Shown in pieces: positions 31,567-44,271 of a DNA stretch of 64,000 nucleotides. The notes beneath the pieces are model-generated. The model did not search any database. It was not told the DNA's origin and saw only the letters and a program-made list of their open reading frames with translations. The DNA comes from Synechococcus sp. (lineage in GTDB: Bacteria; Cyanobacteriota; Cyanobacteriia; Thermostichales; PCC-7336): positions 9,927 to 73,926 of the forward strand of contig JBFRWN010000016.1 in NCBI GenBank assembly GCA_051439605.1. The letters are read 5' to 3'. Each line of letters begins with the position of its first letter. Position 1 is the stretch's first letter. A program made the translations under genes and the position numbers.

Positions 31567-31875
31567 ATGCGAGTAGTGACACAATCTATATGTTGGAGCT
31601 ACATTTGGATGCAACTCCACACAATACCGCGGACAGTTTTTGTATATGTGATTTTCTTGGTACTCTGGCTCGTGTTAACGCTCACGCAATTGGGAAAGCA
31701 CGAGAACACAATTGCAGCTCTCGTGGCGGCTGGCTTTTGGGTAAACCTTGCCTTCTATATTGTGCTTCTGCTTTGTTTCTGGCTTCCACCCGCGTTCAGA
31801 ATTTCCTCAGGTTTGTATCGCCTCGACTTGGTTCCGATCGTCGATCGCCCGACGATCGGTCGAGGCGACGCTTAG
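31567..31875 (+). CDS. Small membrane protein, cassette-like, probably 3'-truncated
   Basis: The ATG lies 4 nt after the attC R' box and the protein has two TM helices. The last codons run through the GC-rich hairpin downstream of katG. Confidence 0.45.
   Translation: MRVVTQSICWSYIWMQLHTIPRTVFVYVIFLVLWLVLTLTQLGKHENTIAALVAAGFWVNLAFYIVLLLCFWLPPAFRISSGLYRLDLVPIVDRPTIGRGDA
31818..31868 (-). terminator. GC-rich hairpin downstream of katG
   Basis: Inner stem CCGATCGTCG/CGACGATCGG (31834-31859) and outer stem TCGCCTCGA/TCGAGGCGA, 35 bp beyond the katG stop. Confidence 0.55.
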
Positions 31876-31902
31876 AAACTCTCGCAGACCTTGGCGCTGA
31901 GA

Positions 31903-34200
<2,298 letters not shown>

Positions 34201-34226
34201 TTATCTTGTCTGCGCCACCTCTTATC

Positions 34227-34400
34227 CTAGACAGAGAGCATCGTCCGCCACATTTGCAGCAGCACAGCCATCTGCTCGGGTTTCTCGGCCTCTGGGTTGA
34301 TATCGTTCAACATTGTCTCGGCACTAGAAACCACGGGCATCGCCTCAAAGCCATCTCGTTCAACAAACATTTTTTCAATAAACCCGTCTTTCACCAGCCC
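34227..34400 (-). pseudogene. 5'-truncated peroxiredoxin (redoxin/PrxII-type) relic
   Basis: LVKDGFIEKMFVE...VSSAETMLNDINP matches the type II peroxiredoxin C-terminus. The N-terminal part with the catalytic Cys is absent. Confidence 0.6.
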
Positions 34401-34576
34401 GGAAGAAGTGACAACGCTGACGCATATGCATATCCGGACGGGCCTAACCCAAGCTGCCATATATTGGAATCAAGCGGCCCTGCTGTTCAGCATTCATCAG
34501 AACTCAATCACGATCATTAAGTCATAATCAGCTCATAATACGAACGGAGCACTTGTATTTGCCTAAGTCTAAAGCA

Positions 34577-34664
34577 GGATAATCATCTCGCTGCAACGGA
34601 TAGCAGTAAGGTTGTCGGTCGCAAGCGATAGGATACCTGATGCCGTTGAGCTGCACCGTTAGCT
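34577..34664 (+). mobile_element. Second integron attC-like site
   Basis: Degenerate R'' GGATAATC, 5 nt, L'' GCTGCAACGG ... L' CCGTTGAGC, 6 nt, R' GTTAGCT. L'' has an extrahelical G. Confidence 0.65.
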
Positions 34665-34847
34665 TACAATAACCGATGTCTAGAAATATTAATTCAACTA
34701 ATGCAGAATGTCATTTTTCGGCCAATAACTGACCTTCTCTTCCTCCAAACCATGCAATTTTTATCAGCCTAAAGCGTCCTCCTAATTCATTCTCCCTGAA
34801 TTTCAGGGTTAGCATCCTGTTGATATATTCTGACTCCAGCATCTACT

Positions 34848-37800
34848 ATGGACATAATACGGAAAATACTTAATTATTTGTCTAAATTTACTGAAAACAA
34901 ATTTTCTAAGTCTTTAGCTGAAGCCACTCTTGAAGCAACTGATAATGGAATACTGGTTATTGATAGGAATAGAAGAGTCATCAAGTACAATTCACGTTTT
35001 GTAGAATTATGGGAAATACCCTCGGTATTGCTGAAATCAGATAAAGATGGAAAATTACTGGATTTTGTTCTAGATCGATTAACTAATCCTCAAGAATTTC
35101 TAGATAAAGTTGCCGAGGTGTACAACCGACCGGAAGCCGAAAGCTTTGATACAATCCTTTTTAAGGATGGACGCCTTTTTGAGCATTTTTCAAGGCCGAT
35201 GCGCCTGAACGGTAAAGTAATAGCAAGGGTATGGAGTTTTCGAGACATTACAGCTGCAGAAAATATTAAACGAGAACTCCGAAGAGAAATTGGATTTCGG
35301 AACACAATTATTCACACTCTACCAGATCTCATCTGGCTAAAAGATCCTGACGGTGTTTATCTCGCCTGCAATAATCGTTTTGAAGATTTTTTCGGTGCCC
35401 CCGAACAAGAGATACTAGGCAAGATCGATTATGATTTCGTAGATGCTGAGTTGGCAGATTTTTTCCGGGAACACGACAAGAAAGCGATGCAGAAAGGCTC
35501 CGCATCAACAAACGAAGAATGGATAACCTTTGCCAGTGATGGACACCGCGAACTTCTGGAAACAACCAAGACCCCCATGTATGACGACAATGGGGAGCTG
35601 ATCGGCGTACTGGGCATTGGCCATAATATTACCGAACGGAGAAAATCAGAGGAAAAACTTAAGAAAAGTGAAGAGCAGTTTTCTCTGGCTATGCGCGGAG
35701 CCAATGACGGGCTGTGGGACTGGAATTTAGAAACAGACGAAGTCTATTACTCGCCTCGCTGGAAAAGCATGCTGGGCTATGGAGAAGATGAACTTGATAA
35801 CAATATAAACACCTGGGCAAGTCTGGTTCATCCAGATGATAAAGACATTGTTTTAAAAAAGGTTCAGGATTACTTGGATGGCAAAACGGATTCATTTGAA
35901 GTTGAAATGCGTATGCAGCATAAGAACGTTCAAGAAATTTTCGTTCTATCCCGTGCTTTTCTTGTTAATCGCGAGTCTGACGGGAAAGCAGTTCGTCTGG
36001 TTGGAACCCACGTCGATATAACAGACCGAAAAAAAGCAGATGCATTTGATGATAAAAATACCGAAATCCTGGAGATGGTTGCAACAGGAAAGCCAGCATC
36101 AGACATCTATGATGAGATCGCATTAATGTATGAGGAACGTCACCCTGGGATTCGATGTTCAATGCTTGAATTACAGGACGGTAAACTCCTGCACGGAGGA
36201 GCACCAAGCCTACCAAAGGAATATTGTGATGCGATAAACGGTCTAAAAAACGGCCCTAATGTTGGCTCATGTGGCACATCCACTTATACCGGCCAGCGCG
36301 TTCTTGTTGAGAATATTGAAACGGATCCCAAGTGGGCCAAAATTAAACATGTGGCCCTTCCCTATGGTTTGCGTTGCTGTTGGTCTGAACCGATTAAAAA
36401 TTCCTCAGGAATAGTATTAGGTGCATTTGGTATGTATTACAACCATCCTGCACTGCCTAATGAAGAGGAGCTAAACGATCTTAAGTCTGCTGCAAGGCTT
36501 GCCGGGATTGTGATGGAGCGGGACCAAGCTCAAAAGCGTATACGTGAATTAGCCTTTACAGATGAACTAACAGGGCTTGCCAGTCGCGCTCACTTTTATC
36601 AAAACCTTGAAGCATTAATAAAAATATCTGACCGGCACAAACATCGTTTTGGTCTTCTATATATCGACTTAGATGACTTTAAAGGTGTTAATGATAGTCT
36701 TGGGCATGATGCCGGTGACTTACTTCTCAAGGCAATTGGCAGGCGCCTGGAAAACGTCAGTCGTGAAATTGATTTTGTTGCTCGTCTCAGCGGTGATGAA
36801 TTCTGCATTCTTGTTAAAGATGTAGATGATGATTATACCACTGTGCATGTTGCTCAACGTTGCCTTGAAACCATATCAAAACCAATCGAGCTATCTGCCA
36901 GGAAATTCACGCCGACTTGCAGTATCGGGATTGCACACTACCCTAATGATGGAAAAGATTTATCAACCCTACTAAAAGCATCAGACACCTCACTTTACGC
37001 CGCGAAGGAATGTGGAAAGAATCAGTACGCTTTCTATAAACCCGAGCTTACTCGCAAGGCAGAGTATCGTTTTCGGGTAGAGCAAAATCTAAGGGAAGCA
37101 GTCGAAAAACAACACTTGTCACTTGTTTATCAACCCCAGGTTAATATTAATACCGGCGAAATTATCGGTGTTGAGGCTTTGACACGCTGGAACCATCTAC
37201 GGCTAGGCCAGGTTTCGCCAACTGAGTTTATTGCCACAGCCGAAAGAATAGGCATGATTAAGTCACTCACTGAATGGGTATTGAGAACAGCTTGCAATCA
37301 AGCTGTTGCCTGGAAGAATGAGGGTTTTCCTGCACTCCGTATGGCTGTAAATATTTCTCCATACTATTTTCTTGATAAGGATTTTGTGTCACTGATTAAG
37401 CGTGTTATCGATGAGACAGGAATGGTGCCTGCGGAACTGGAATTAGAGGTTACCGAGAGTGTTGTGCAGACGGATCAACAGAATCTCTCGATTTTTAGAG
37501 ACCTGAAAGAACTCGGTATTTTACTGGCAATCGATGATTTTGGAACAGGTTATTCATCTTTTGCATCTCTCAAACACCTTACGGTTGATTCCCTGAAAAT
37601 CGATAAATACTTTATTAATGACATGCTTGTCGATAATAAATCACAGCTCCTGATTGGCTGCATGATTGAAATGGCCCACAACCTCGAGCATGGAATTATC
37701 GCCGAAGGTGTTGAGACAACTGAACAATGTCGTATGCTCCAAAAGCTGGGTTGTGAGACTGCACAGGGGTATCTGTTTAGCAAACCCGTCAGTGCCGATG

Positions 37801-37871
37801 AAATATCAAAGTTTCTGAATAGTAATATTAATGATGGAAGGAGCATGTGGCCTTATGCCATCACCTCCTGA
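34848..37871 (+). CDS. PAS-PAS-PAS-GAF-GGDEF-EAL diguanylate cyclase/phosphodiesterase
   Basis: PAS/PAC motifs, GAF (GSCGT..YTG..V), DELTGL, DLDDFK..NDSLGH..GD, SGDEF, EAL and DDFGTGYSS. Confidence 0.94.
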   Translation: MDIIRKILNYLSKFTENKFSKSLAEATLEATDNGILVIDRNRRVIKYNSRFVELWEIPSVLLKSDKDGKLLDFVLDRLTNPQEFLDKVAEVYNRPEAESFDTILFKDGRLFEHFSRPMRLNGKVIARVWSFRDITAAENIKRELRREIGFRNTIIHTLPDLIWLKDPDGVYLACNNRFEDFFGAPEQEILGKIDYDFVDAELADFFREHDKKAMQKGSASTNEEWITFASDGHRELLETTKTPMYDDNGELIGVLGIGHNITERRKSEEKLKKSEEQFSLAMRGANDGLWDWNLETDEVYYSPRWKSMLGYGEDELDNNINTWASLVHPDDKDIVLKKVQDYLDGKTDSFEVEMRMQHKNVQEIFVLSRAFLVNRESDGKAVRLVGTHVDITDRKKADAFDDKNTEILEMVATGKPASDIYDEIALMYEERHPGIRCSMLELQDGKLLHGGAPSLPKEYCDAINGLKNGPNVGSCGTSTYTGQRVLVENIETDPKWAKIKHVALPYGLRCCWSEPIKNSSGIVLGAFGMYYNHPALPNEEELNDLKSAARLAGIVMERDQAQKRIRELAFTDELTGLASRAHFYQNLEALIKISDRHKHRFGLLYIDLDDFKGVNDSLGHDAGDLLLKAIGRRLENVSREIDFVARLSGDEFCILVKDVDDDYTTVHVAQRCLETISKPIELSARKFTPTCSIGIAHYPNDGKDLSTLLKASDTSLYAAKECGKNQYAFYKPELTRKAEYRFRVEQNLREAVEKQHLSLVYQPQVNINTGEIIGVEALTRWNHLRLGQVSPTEFIATAERIGMIKSLTEWVLRTACNQAVAWKNEGFPALRMAVNISPYYFLDKDFVSLIKRVIDETGMVPAELELEVTESVVQTDQQNLSIFRDLKELGILLAIDDFGTGYSSFASLKHLTVDSLKIDKYFINDMLVDNKSQLLIGCMIEMAHNLEHGIIAEGVETTEQCRMLQKLGCETAQGYLFSKPVSADEISKFLNSNINDGRSMWPYAITS

Positions 37872-37945
37872 TTTAACTAAGTAAAATAGTTCGCTGAATT
37901 GAATTCAAAGTCTCAAAGTTTCTTCGAATATAAATTGGAAAATCT

Positions 37946-40357
37946 TCAGTCAAATCGAGGAGGCAAGGTCAATGGTGAAAGGGTATTTGGATCTGCAGGA
38001 GTAGGAGCGGAAAGCGGATCGCTGGCAGCCTTGCCCTCCTCTGCTGGCGGATCGTTGGGAGTGGGATCGAACGTTTCGATCGCCACCGCCTGCACCACTT
38101 GAGTCCCGCTGGGACTGGTCACCTGCAACATCAAGGTGGTGGTGGTGGGGGACGGACTGAGCGGGAGTTCTAAGCTGCCCGAAAGTGGTACGTCACCGGG
38201 GGAAGGCAGCAACTGGGCGCTCGTGCCCTCGCTGCCCATCGCAGTCCAATTGAGCGTGAGAGGAGTGGGCAAAATCCCATCTTCAATCGGGAGCAGTAGC
38301 TTGGGGGGGACGGGATCGCCATTCACCGTAAACGTGACAATTTGCGGCGGAGGGGCAATTGTTATGGGGCCAATCCTCCGAGCGCGAGGGGGGGCACCTG
38401 GGACACCGCCAGGACTGACCAGAAGCTCGATCGTGTAGGTGCCAATTGTTCGAAGGCCTGTGGGGACGTTTTGGCACACCAACAGGTCACTAATAGTGCA
38501 TTCTTCCTCAAGAAATGAGGGAATGCCATCGCGGAAGGAAAACAAAAATGGCTGGCCGACAGGGTCCCCTTCAGGGGTACGGACGATCGCCCGAATGTCT
38601 TGAATTTGTTCGGGGCGGGTCACGCTCCAATTGAGGGCGATACCTGCTTCGCTGACGATCGCGGGTACCGATTCGCTTGCAACAGCAGCGGACTCGACCT
38701 TGAAGTCCCGATCGGGCAACTCGGCTTCGTAGACCGTGCGATCGGTTGAAAAGTCAGTAATGCGCGGGGGAGGTGCCAGGGTAATTTGTTCGGTCTGTTG
38801 TGTTAGCGATCGGCTGCCTCTGCCTTTCTGGGGAATTAGGGTGAGCTCGAAAATGTAATCCCCTGCCCTCCGAGCATCGGTGCGGACTCCAACGCAGGAA
38901 AGCCGATCGCTCTCTTGCAGGCAAAACGGCTCTAATTCAGGGGGTAGACCTCGGTCGAATCGGTAACTAACAGGATCGCTAGTTACCGTGCCGTCGAGCG
39001 ATCTGCCGATAATTTCCAGCTCCCGGATGCGATCGGCCCGATCGATTTGCCAATTCAACCGCACGACATCCCCATTCGCCACTGCCAGCTTTGTATCGGA
39101 AGACGCGAACTCGAGGATGGTCGGTGAGGGGGGCGGGAAGACAAACCAGCGTAAGGCAAACACCACAATCGTCACGATTAAGGCAAATACCAACAGGGCA
39201 AAGGGCAACAGCTGCCACCAGGGACGCGCTTTCCACAACAACGTGCCCGGTAGGCTGGGGGTGGTGACGGGGTGCTGCTGGGGATCTGCCAGATCGACCG
39301 TAAAGCTGAATAGCCGCCCACCCCCCAGGATGGGTCGCCGCCATGCCGGCCAAGGCTGAACCTGCAACGGGATCGAGCGGGACTGTTGGGGTGGCAGGTG
39401 TACGTCATCTGTTTCCAGAAAATAGGAACAGGGACTGTCCTCCTCCAATGCACCAATTGTTAGCTGCACCTGGCGATCGCTGTTGCCGTTATTGATCAGT
39501 TCGATGCGGTAGCGTCCGGGTTCCCCTCCGACGTTGGTGCGCAGGCTATACAAAATCCCCTGCAGGCTGTAGATGGGCAGAACCTGCAAGTAGACTGGCT
39601 CCAACAGAACCAACTCGGCATTGGCTTCAGAATGTAGTTGTAGGGTAGGTACGTAGCTCCCCGCGATCGCTGCTAGCGACGGGGCAATCGTGACGAGAAT
39701 CCCCCCCTGCTCGCCAGGGTTGAGGGGCAAGCTATCAGAGATTTCGATCTCGCCGATGCCGACATCTTCGCGCGGATAAGCAATCTCCACCCACTCTGGA
39801 GGACAATCCCGACAACGGAGGCGAAATCGATCGACTTGCTGAGAGCGGTTATGAACTTGGACTTGTAAGGCGAAGGCGCTGCCTGGCTGAATAGAGATCG
39901 GGCGATCGGAACGGGAGGTTGGCTGGATCAAACAGGTGGGATCGTTTGCTTGAACAGCTTCCTGAATGGGCTGCACAACTTGCAGTTCCAGCTCGCGCGA
40001 GATCGGCGTATCTTCGGGATAGGATTCGGGAGCGTCAATGACGAGCTGATAACGATAGGTACCCGTCAGCGTTCCAGCGGGTACTTGCATGACAAAGCGG
40101 ACTTCTCCGCTGCGATCTGGAGCTAGAGCCATACTTTGGCGAACAGTCGCCAACCACTCTTGAAGGGGGGGAGACAGTTCTTCTATCCAAAGATTGATGG
40201 CAGCGCTGCTAGTACCCCGATTGGTCACGGTTACATCGAGGCTAAAATTCTCTCCCGCCGCAACGCGATCGATGCCAGTAGAGGTGAGTAAGACCGCTAG
40301 AGGGTCTGGCCTGCCACTGGCGAGAGAGGTTTCGGAGATATCGAGAGAGTCTTTCAT
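37946..40357 (-). CDS. Single-TM protein with Ig-like (COG1470-like) repeats; candidate CIS membrane anchor/accessory protein
   Basis: Three N-terminal beta-sandwich-like repeats, a TM helix (PWWQLLPFALLVFALIVTIVVFAL) and repeated C-terminal PPP-x-I..F domains. It is the last gene of the baseplate run. Confidence 0.7.
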   Translation of the reverse strand: MKDSLDISETSLASGRPDPLAVLLTSTGIDRVAAGENFSLDVTVTNRGTSSAAINLWIEELSPPLQEWLATVRQSMALAPDRSGEVRFVMQVPAGTLTGTYRYQLVIDAPESYPEDTPISRELELQVVQPIQEAVQANDPTCLIQPTSRSDRPISIQPGSAFALQVQVHNRSQQVDRFRLRCRDCPPEWVEIAYPREDVGIGEIEISDSLPLNPGEQGGILVTIAPSLAAIAGSYVPTLQLHSEANAELVLLEPVYLQVLPIYSLQGILYSLRTNVGGEPGRYRIELINNGNSDRQVQLTIGALEEDSPCSYFLETDDVHLPPQQSRSIPLQVQPWPAWRRPILGGGRLFSFTVDLADPQQHPVTTPSLPGTLLWKARPWWQLLPFALLVFALIVTIVVFALRWFVFPPPSPTILEFASSDTKLAVANGDVVRLNWQIDRADRIRELEIIGRSLDGTVTSDPVSYRFDRGLPPELEPFCLQESDRLSCVGVRTDARRAGDYIFELTLIPQKGRGSRSLTQQTEQITLAPPPRITDFSTDRTVYEAELPDRDFKVESAAVASESVPAIVSEAGIALNWSVTRPEQIQDIRAIVRTPEGDPVGQPFLFSFRDGIPSFLEEECTISDLLVCQNVPTGLRTIGTYTIELLVSPGGVPGAPPRARRIGPITIAPPPQIVTFTVNGDPVPPKLLLPIEDGILPTPLTLNWTAMGSEGTSAQLLPSPGDVPLSGSLELPLSPSPTTTTLMLQVTSPSGTQVVQAVAIETFDPTPNDPPAEEGKAASDPLSAPTPADPNTLSPLTLPPRFD

Positions 40358-40463
40358 AGCTTGATGAATGTCAGGCCCGTAGCTACGTTGATGACTGCTG
40401 CACTTTAACTAGCAAATCCCATGCCGGTTATTCGAGCGCTCTACAGGTTAGCAGCAGCCCACC

Positions 40464-42764
40464 TCAAGAGCGATCGCATTGCTGCTGGAGTTCGCGATCG
40501 AGCAGATATTCGTGCAGTCGCACGCGACGATTGTCACCCCCGCTCGCCACCAACAAGCGATCGCGGAAGCGGGCAATATCGACAGAATTGATACCCCTCC
40601 GAGAACGACCCAGCGTTTGACTGGAGCCCACTCGCACCTGCTGAATGCCCGTACGGTAAATGTTCCAAACCACAATCCGTCCATCGTCCCCCCCACTGAC
40701 TAGGAAACAACCGTCATCGCTGAAGGATAAAGAGCGTACCGGCAAACCGCCGTGCCCCTGCCACCGAGCAGCCTCGACTAGCTGACATTCAGTCTGTGTC
40801 GCACACAAACTCAAGTCCCACATAGAGAGAGAGCCCTGACTGTCCGAGGCTGCCAGCAGATTGGGTTGCGACTCGGCAACCGCTAGGCTCGTAATCACGT
40901 CGCTGCTGCTGCCGCGCTGGTAGGGTAAGGCAATAGAAACACCCGTTTGGGAATCCCACAACTCAAGTCGATTGAACTGACCGGCGGCGGCTAGAAAGCG
41001 ACGGTTCCGTCCGGCAAATGTCATTGCCTCGATCGCAAAACCGCTGTCCCACAGTAGCTCGGGAGTCGGTACCGCTAAACTGGCATCGGAAATCCCCAAC
41101 CGGAGTTGCCACCGGTATACGCTGCCGCTGCCGTGGCCGCTGAGGAGGACTCGCGAATTGGGTTCGAATGCTAAATCGAACACGCGATCGTCGGGATGGG
41201 ATATAGCATTCTGCTTTGGTGCAAAGATGGCGCGACCTCTGCCCGACAGAAGATTCCACAGTTGCATGCTGCTGTTTTCGTAACCTGCCGCGATCCAAGT
41301 GTTCTGGATAGGGCGATAGCGAAGAACGCGCACGGCCTTATCGACTTCGGCTAACACCCCCAAAGGGACTAGGCGATTGCCTCGGATCTGCCAACGACGA
41401 ATTGACCGATCGTCCGAACCACTCACCAATTCGGTGGCCGCACCGTTAAAGCGTACCGTTCGAACTGGACCGGTATGCCCGGGGGAACGCCATAGGAGTT
41501 TTGGGACTCCGAGCGCCAGCAGCAGCAGCGCAAGTAAACTGGCCAGCTGCGCCCAGAATGGAATCAGCGGTGCCACCCGTACTTCTAGGAGTTGAGTCTC
41601 GGGTTGGAGCTCAACCCGCGGATCGGAGAGGGTTCCCCTTGCTTCTAAACGAAAGCGACGGGTCCATCCCAAGGAGGGACGTCGCCGCCGTATCGTAACC
41701 GTCATCAGGTTGGTATTGTCACCGCTCAGTTCCACCTCAGTCGGTGTGACAGTCAGGTCTTCTTTGACTGTATGGCGGGTTTCTGCAGGAGGTAGGAGTT
41801 TGAATCGAGATAAAGCTGCTTGGAACTGGGAGAAGAATTGATTGTCAGATAAAGCTGGAGCTGAGATTAAGGCTTTATTCCGAGATAAGGCCCGGCCAGG
41901 AGATAGAGATTGAAACCGAGATGAAGTTAGGTATTCAACAGTGGCACTGACTCGCTCTTCCAGGTTGCTGCGATTGGTCAATTCCAACTCGAAGTTTGCC
42001 TCGCCAACCCAATCTAAGCGGCGATCGGAGGGGGATACAGCCTGTTGAAATGGGGACTGACAGGACAGCTCTACTGCCCCGATTGGCTGCACTTCTAGCG
42101 TTCCGGAAACTGCAAAATCATCGGGAAAATCAACCGGAACAATGGATAGGGGATAGATCTGACTGCGGGCTTGGAGGGAGTTGGGAATTTCGCAAGCAAA
42201 GATCGCCTGACCCGATTTTCGAGGAGGGATTTGAATCCGTCGCACGTTTCCGTCCACCAACCAGTCTGCGGCCAGTCCTTGGCATTGCACCTCGATAGCG
42301 ATTGCCTGCGAGTTGGGATTGTTAACTTGGGCAACGATATCGAGGCGATCTCCCGGACACCCTTTCAGGTTGGGCACATCTAAAGCCAACTCGATCGGCA
42401 GAATTGCGGTGCCGCCGATGCTCAACCGCACGAGCTGACGTTCCTCCGTCCCTAACTCCAGGGCAAAAATCCGGACGGTCAGATCGATGTCCCCGGCAAA
42501 GTAGGGAATAGGTTCATCTACAATTTCAATTCCGAATTGGGCGCGATCGCCGGGGGGGACCTTAGCACTAATGGCCGGAGTAAGTCGGTACCACTGCCGA
42601 TGTTCGCTCCCAGCCCCTCCTGCAGCAATGACATCTATGCGAAAGGTTGCAAACCGATCGCTGGTGTTGACCACCGATGCCACAAAGCTTGTGGGGGGAC
42701 CGCCAGGATCGTATGTCAGCCGACTGGGCTGAATGCTGGTGCTAGTGGCACTAGCAGTGCTCAT
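40464..42764 (-). CDS. Single-TM WD40-repeat protein; candidate CIS accessory protein
   Basis: An Ig-like N-terminus, a TM helix and WD40 repeats (GHTGPVRTV..LVSGSDDRSIRRW; GHGGLPV..LVSGGDDGRIVVW). Confidence 0.8.
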   Translation of the reverse strand: MSTASATSTSIQPSRLTYDPGGPPTSFVASVVNTSDRFATFRIDVIAAGGAGSEHRQWYRLTPAISAKVPPGDRAQFGIEIVDEPIPYFAGDIDLTVRIFALELGTEERQLVRLSIGGTAILPIELALDVPNLKGCPGDRLDIVAQVNNPNSQAIAIEVQCQGLAADWLVDGNVRRIQIPPRKSGQAIFACEIPNSLQARSQIYPLSIVPVDFPDDFAVSGTLEVQPIGAVELSCQSPFQQAVSPSDRRLDWVGEANFELELTNRSNLEERVSATVEYLTSSRFQSLSPGRALSRNKALISAPALSDNQFFSQFQAALSRFKLLPPAETRHTVKEDLTVTPTEVELSGDNTNLMTVTIRRRRPSLGWTRRFRLEARGTLSDPRVELQPETQLLEVRVAPLIPFWAQLASLLALLLLALGVPKLLWRSPGHTGPVRTVRFNGAATELVSGSDDRSIRRWQIRGNRLVPLGVLAEVDKAVRVLRYRPIQNTWIAAGYENSSMQLWNLLSGRGRAIFAPKQNAISHPDDRVFDLAFEPNSRVLLSGHGSGSVYRWQLRLGISDASLAVPTPELLWDSGFAIEAMTFAGRNRRFLAAAGQFNRLELWDSQTGVSIALPYQRGSSSDVITSLAVAESQPNLLAASDSQGSLSMWDLSLCATQTECQLVEAARWQGHGGLPVRSLSFSDDGCFLVSGGDDGRIVVWNIYRTGIQQVRVGSSQTLGRSRRGINSVDIARFRDRLLVASGGDNRRVRLHEYLLDRELQQQCDRS

Positions 42765-42846
42765 GCGTTTCCTCTCCTTGTGGCGTGTTTGCTGCTGTCC
42801 AGCCGCTTAGGACAGATCGTCAGCCAAAACTTTATAGGACTTGAGT

Positions 42847-44202
42847 TTATTCGTTCTGACGCTGGCGGAGGGAGCGAGCGCGATGCAGAAGTGCTTGGTA
42901 TTGAGCTGTCCCTTGAATGGCATTCCGCTTTTTTTCTTTGGCAAATTCCTGGTTGAGGTGTTCGATTTCATCTTTGAAGCCCGAGATGTTATCGCTAATT
43001 GTCAGGCCCATTTCCTGAAACAGTTGGGCCAGTTCGCCGAGTTCGTCAGAGCGGGACGACAGATCTTTTAGGGAGTCGGGATCGAAGGCATCAGCCTCAA
43101 TGTCGCTGGCTGCCTTTCCTAAACGAGCAATGGGTGTAGCAATCCAGCGTGTGCTGGCAATCACCCCTAACACCGCAGCCACAACCACCAGCACGATCGC
43201 CAGCACGAGAGTCTGGATAGCGCTGTCCTGAAGCGAGCCGACAAACTCAGCTTGGGGAACGATCGCGATCGCTACCCAATTGGGCAGCCAGTCCCGTTCC
43301 TGCCGCAGCGGTGCGGTCGCCACTAGATTGGGTTCCTTCAGAATAGTTAGGATGTTTACGCCTTCGCAGGTGCCAGAGCATTCGAAGTTGTTGTTCACCC
43401 ATTCGTCGAAGGGACGTGGCTCCTGTGAAGGAATCAAAGGGTCGCTGCTGCCAATTTGTCGGACGTAGAGTTCGGCCTTGGGGTTAACGGCCTTACTGAT
43501 GGCTTCGAGATTATTCCGCAGCTGATCGATGGGAATGTCCACAGCGAGAACCCCCAAAAATTCACCGGCAGGATCGTATAGAGCAACCGACGCCGTAAAT
43601 CCCCAGACCCCGCTGGCAAACTTGTAAAGCTCCCCCAAAACTGGTTCGTTCGACTCGAGCGCATCAGTGTACCAAGGGCGAGTTCTGGGATCGAACTCAC
43701 GGGGTTCCCCCGTTTTTTCAGGGGGTGAGTTGCCCTCGGTACCTAATTGGTAAGTTTGCACGACGATGGTGTTGTCGATCGCCCTACCTTGGTCAAGGGT
43801 GAAGCCGCTGTCTGCTTGCTTCAGGTTGGAATAGAGTCCGACTGAGCTAGCGAAGAGCATGGACTCAATGCTTGACCCTGCCAGCACTTGTCCTAATAGG
43901 AAGTTGGCCAGCTCTTCGAGACAAAGATCTTCCTGCGCAATCTGCTGGCAATTTCTACCTAAATCGAGGTTGCCGCTGCGAACTGCCGTGGCGTGAGTCT
44001 GCAGATTCAGCCACGGCACATCTAAGTAAGAGACGATGCGGGAGCGACTGCGCTCGATCAAATTCCCCCCCAGCGTTACGGACATGCTATCGATCGCTTC
44101 CTTGCCCCCCTTGAACGATAACCATTCCAACACCCCTGCCGTCAGAACTAGCGGCACCACAATCATGAGAGGTAGAATCAACCGAATTGAGGTAAAGCGC
44201 AT
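42847..44202 (-). CDS. dCache-HAMP membrane sensor lacking an output domain
   Basis: TM, Cache (FDPRTRPWY, GVLAVD), TM, HAMP (PI..L...RSDELGELAQLF..M) and a short coiled-coil tail. Confidence 0.85.
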   Translation of the reverse strand: MRFTSIRLILPLMIVVPLVLTAGVLEWLSFKGGKEAIDSMSVTLGGNLIERSRSRIVSYLDVPWLNLQTHATAVRSGNLDLGRNCQQIAQEDLCLEELANFLLGQVLAGSSIESMLFASSVGLYSNLKQADSGFTLDQGRAIDNTIVVQTYQLGTEGNSPPEKTGEPREFDPRTRPWYTDALESNEPVLGELYKFASGVWGFTASVALYDPAGEFLGVLAVDIPIDQLRNNLEAISKAVNPKAELYVRQIGSSDPLIPSQEPRPFDEWVNNNFECSGTCEGVNILTILKEPNLVATAPLRQERDWLPNWVAIAIVPQAEFVGSLQDSAIQTLVLAIVLVVVAAVLGVIASTRWIATPIARLGKAASDIEADAFDPDSLKDLSSRSDELGELAQLFQEMGLTISDNISGFKDEIEHLNQEFAKEKKRNAIQGTAQYQALLHRARSLRQRQNE

Positions 44203-44271
44203 GGGCAGAAACTCTGTGTTGAAGGAAAGGCAAGAGTGGGGGTATCTCTAGCAGAAATCCAATCGCCAGCA

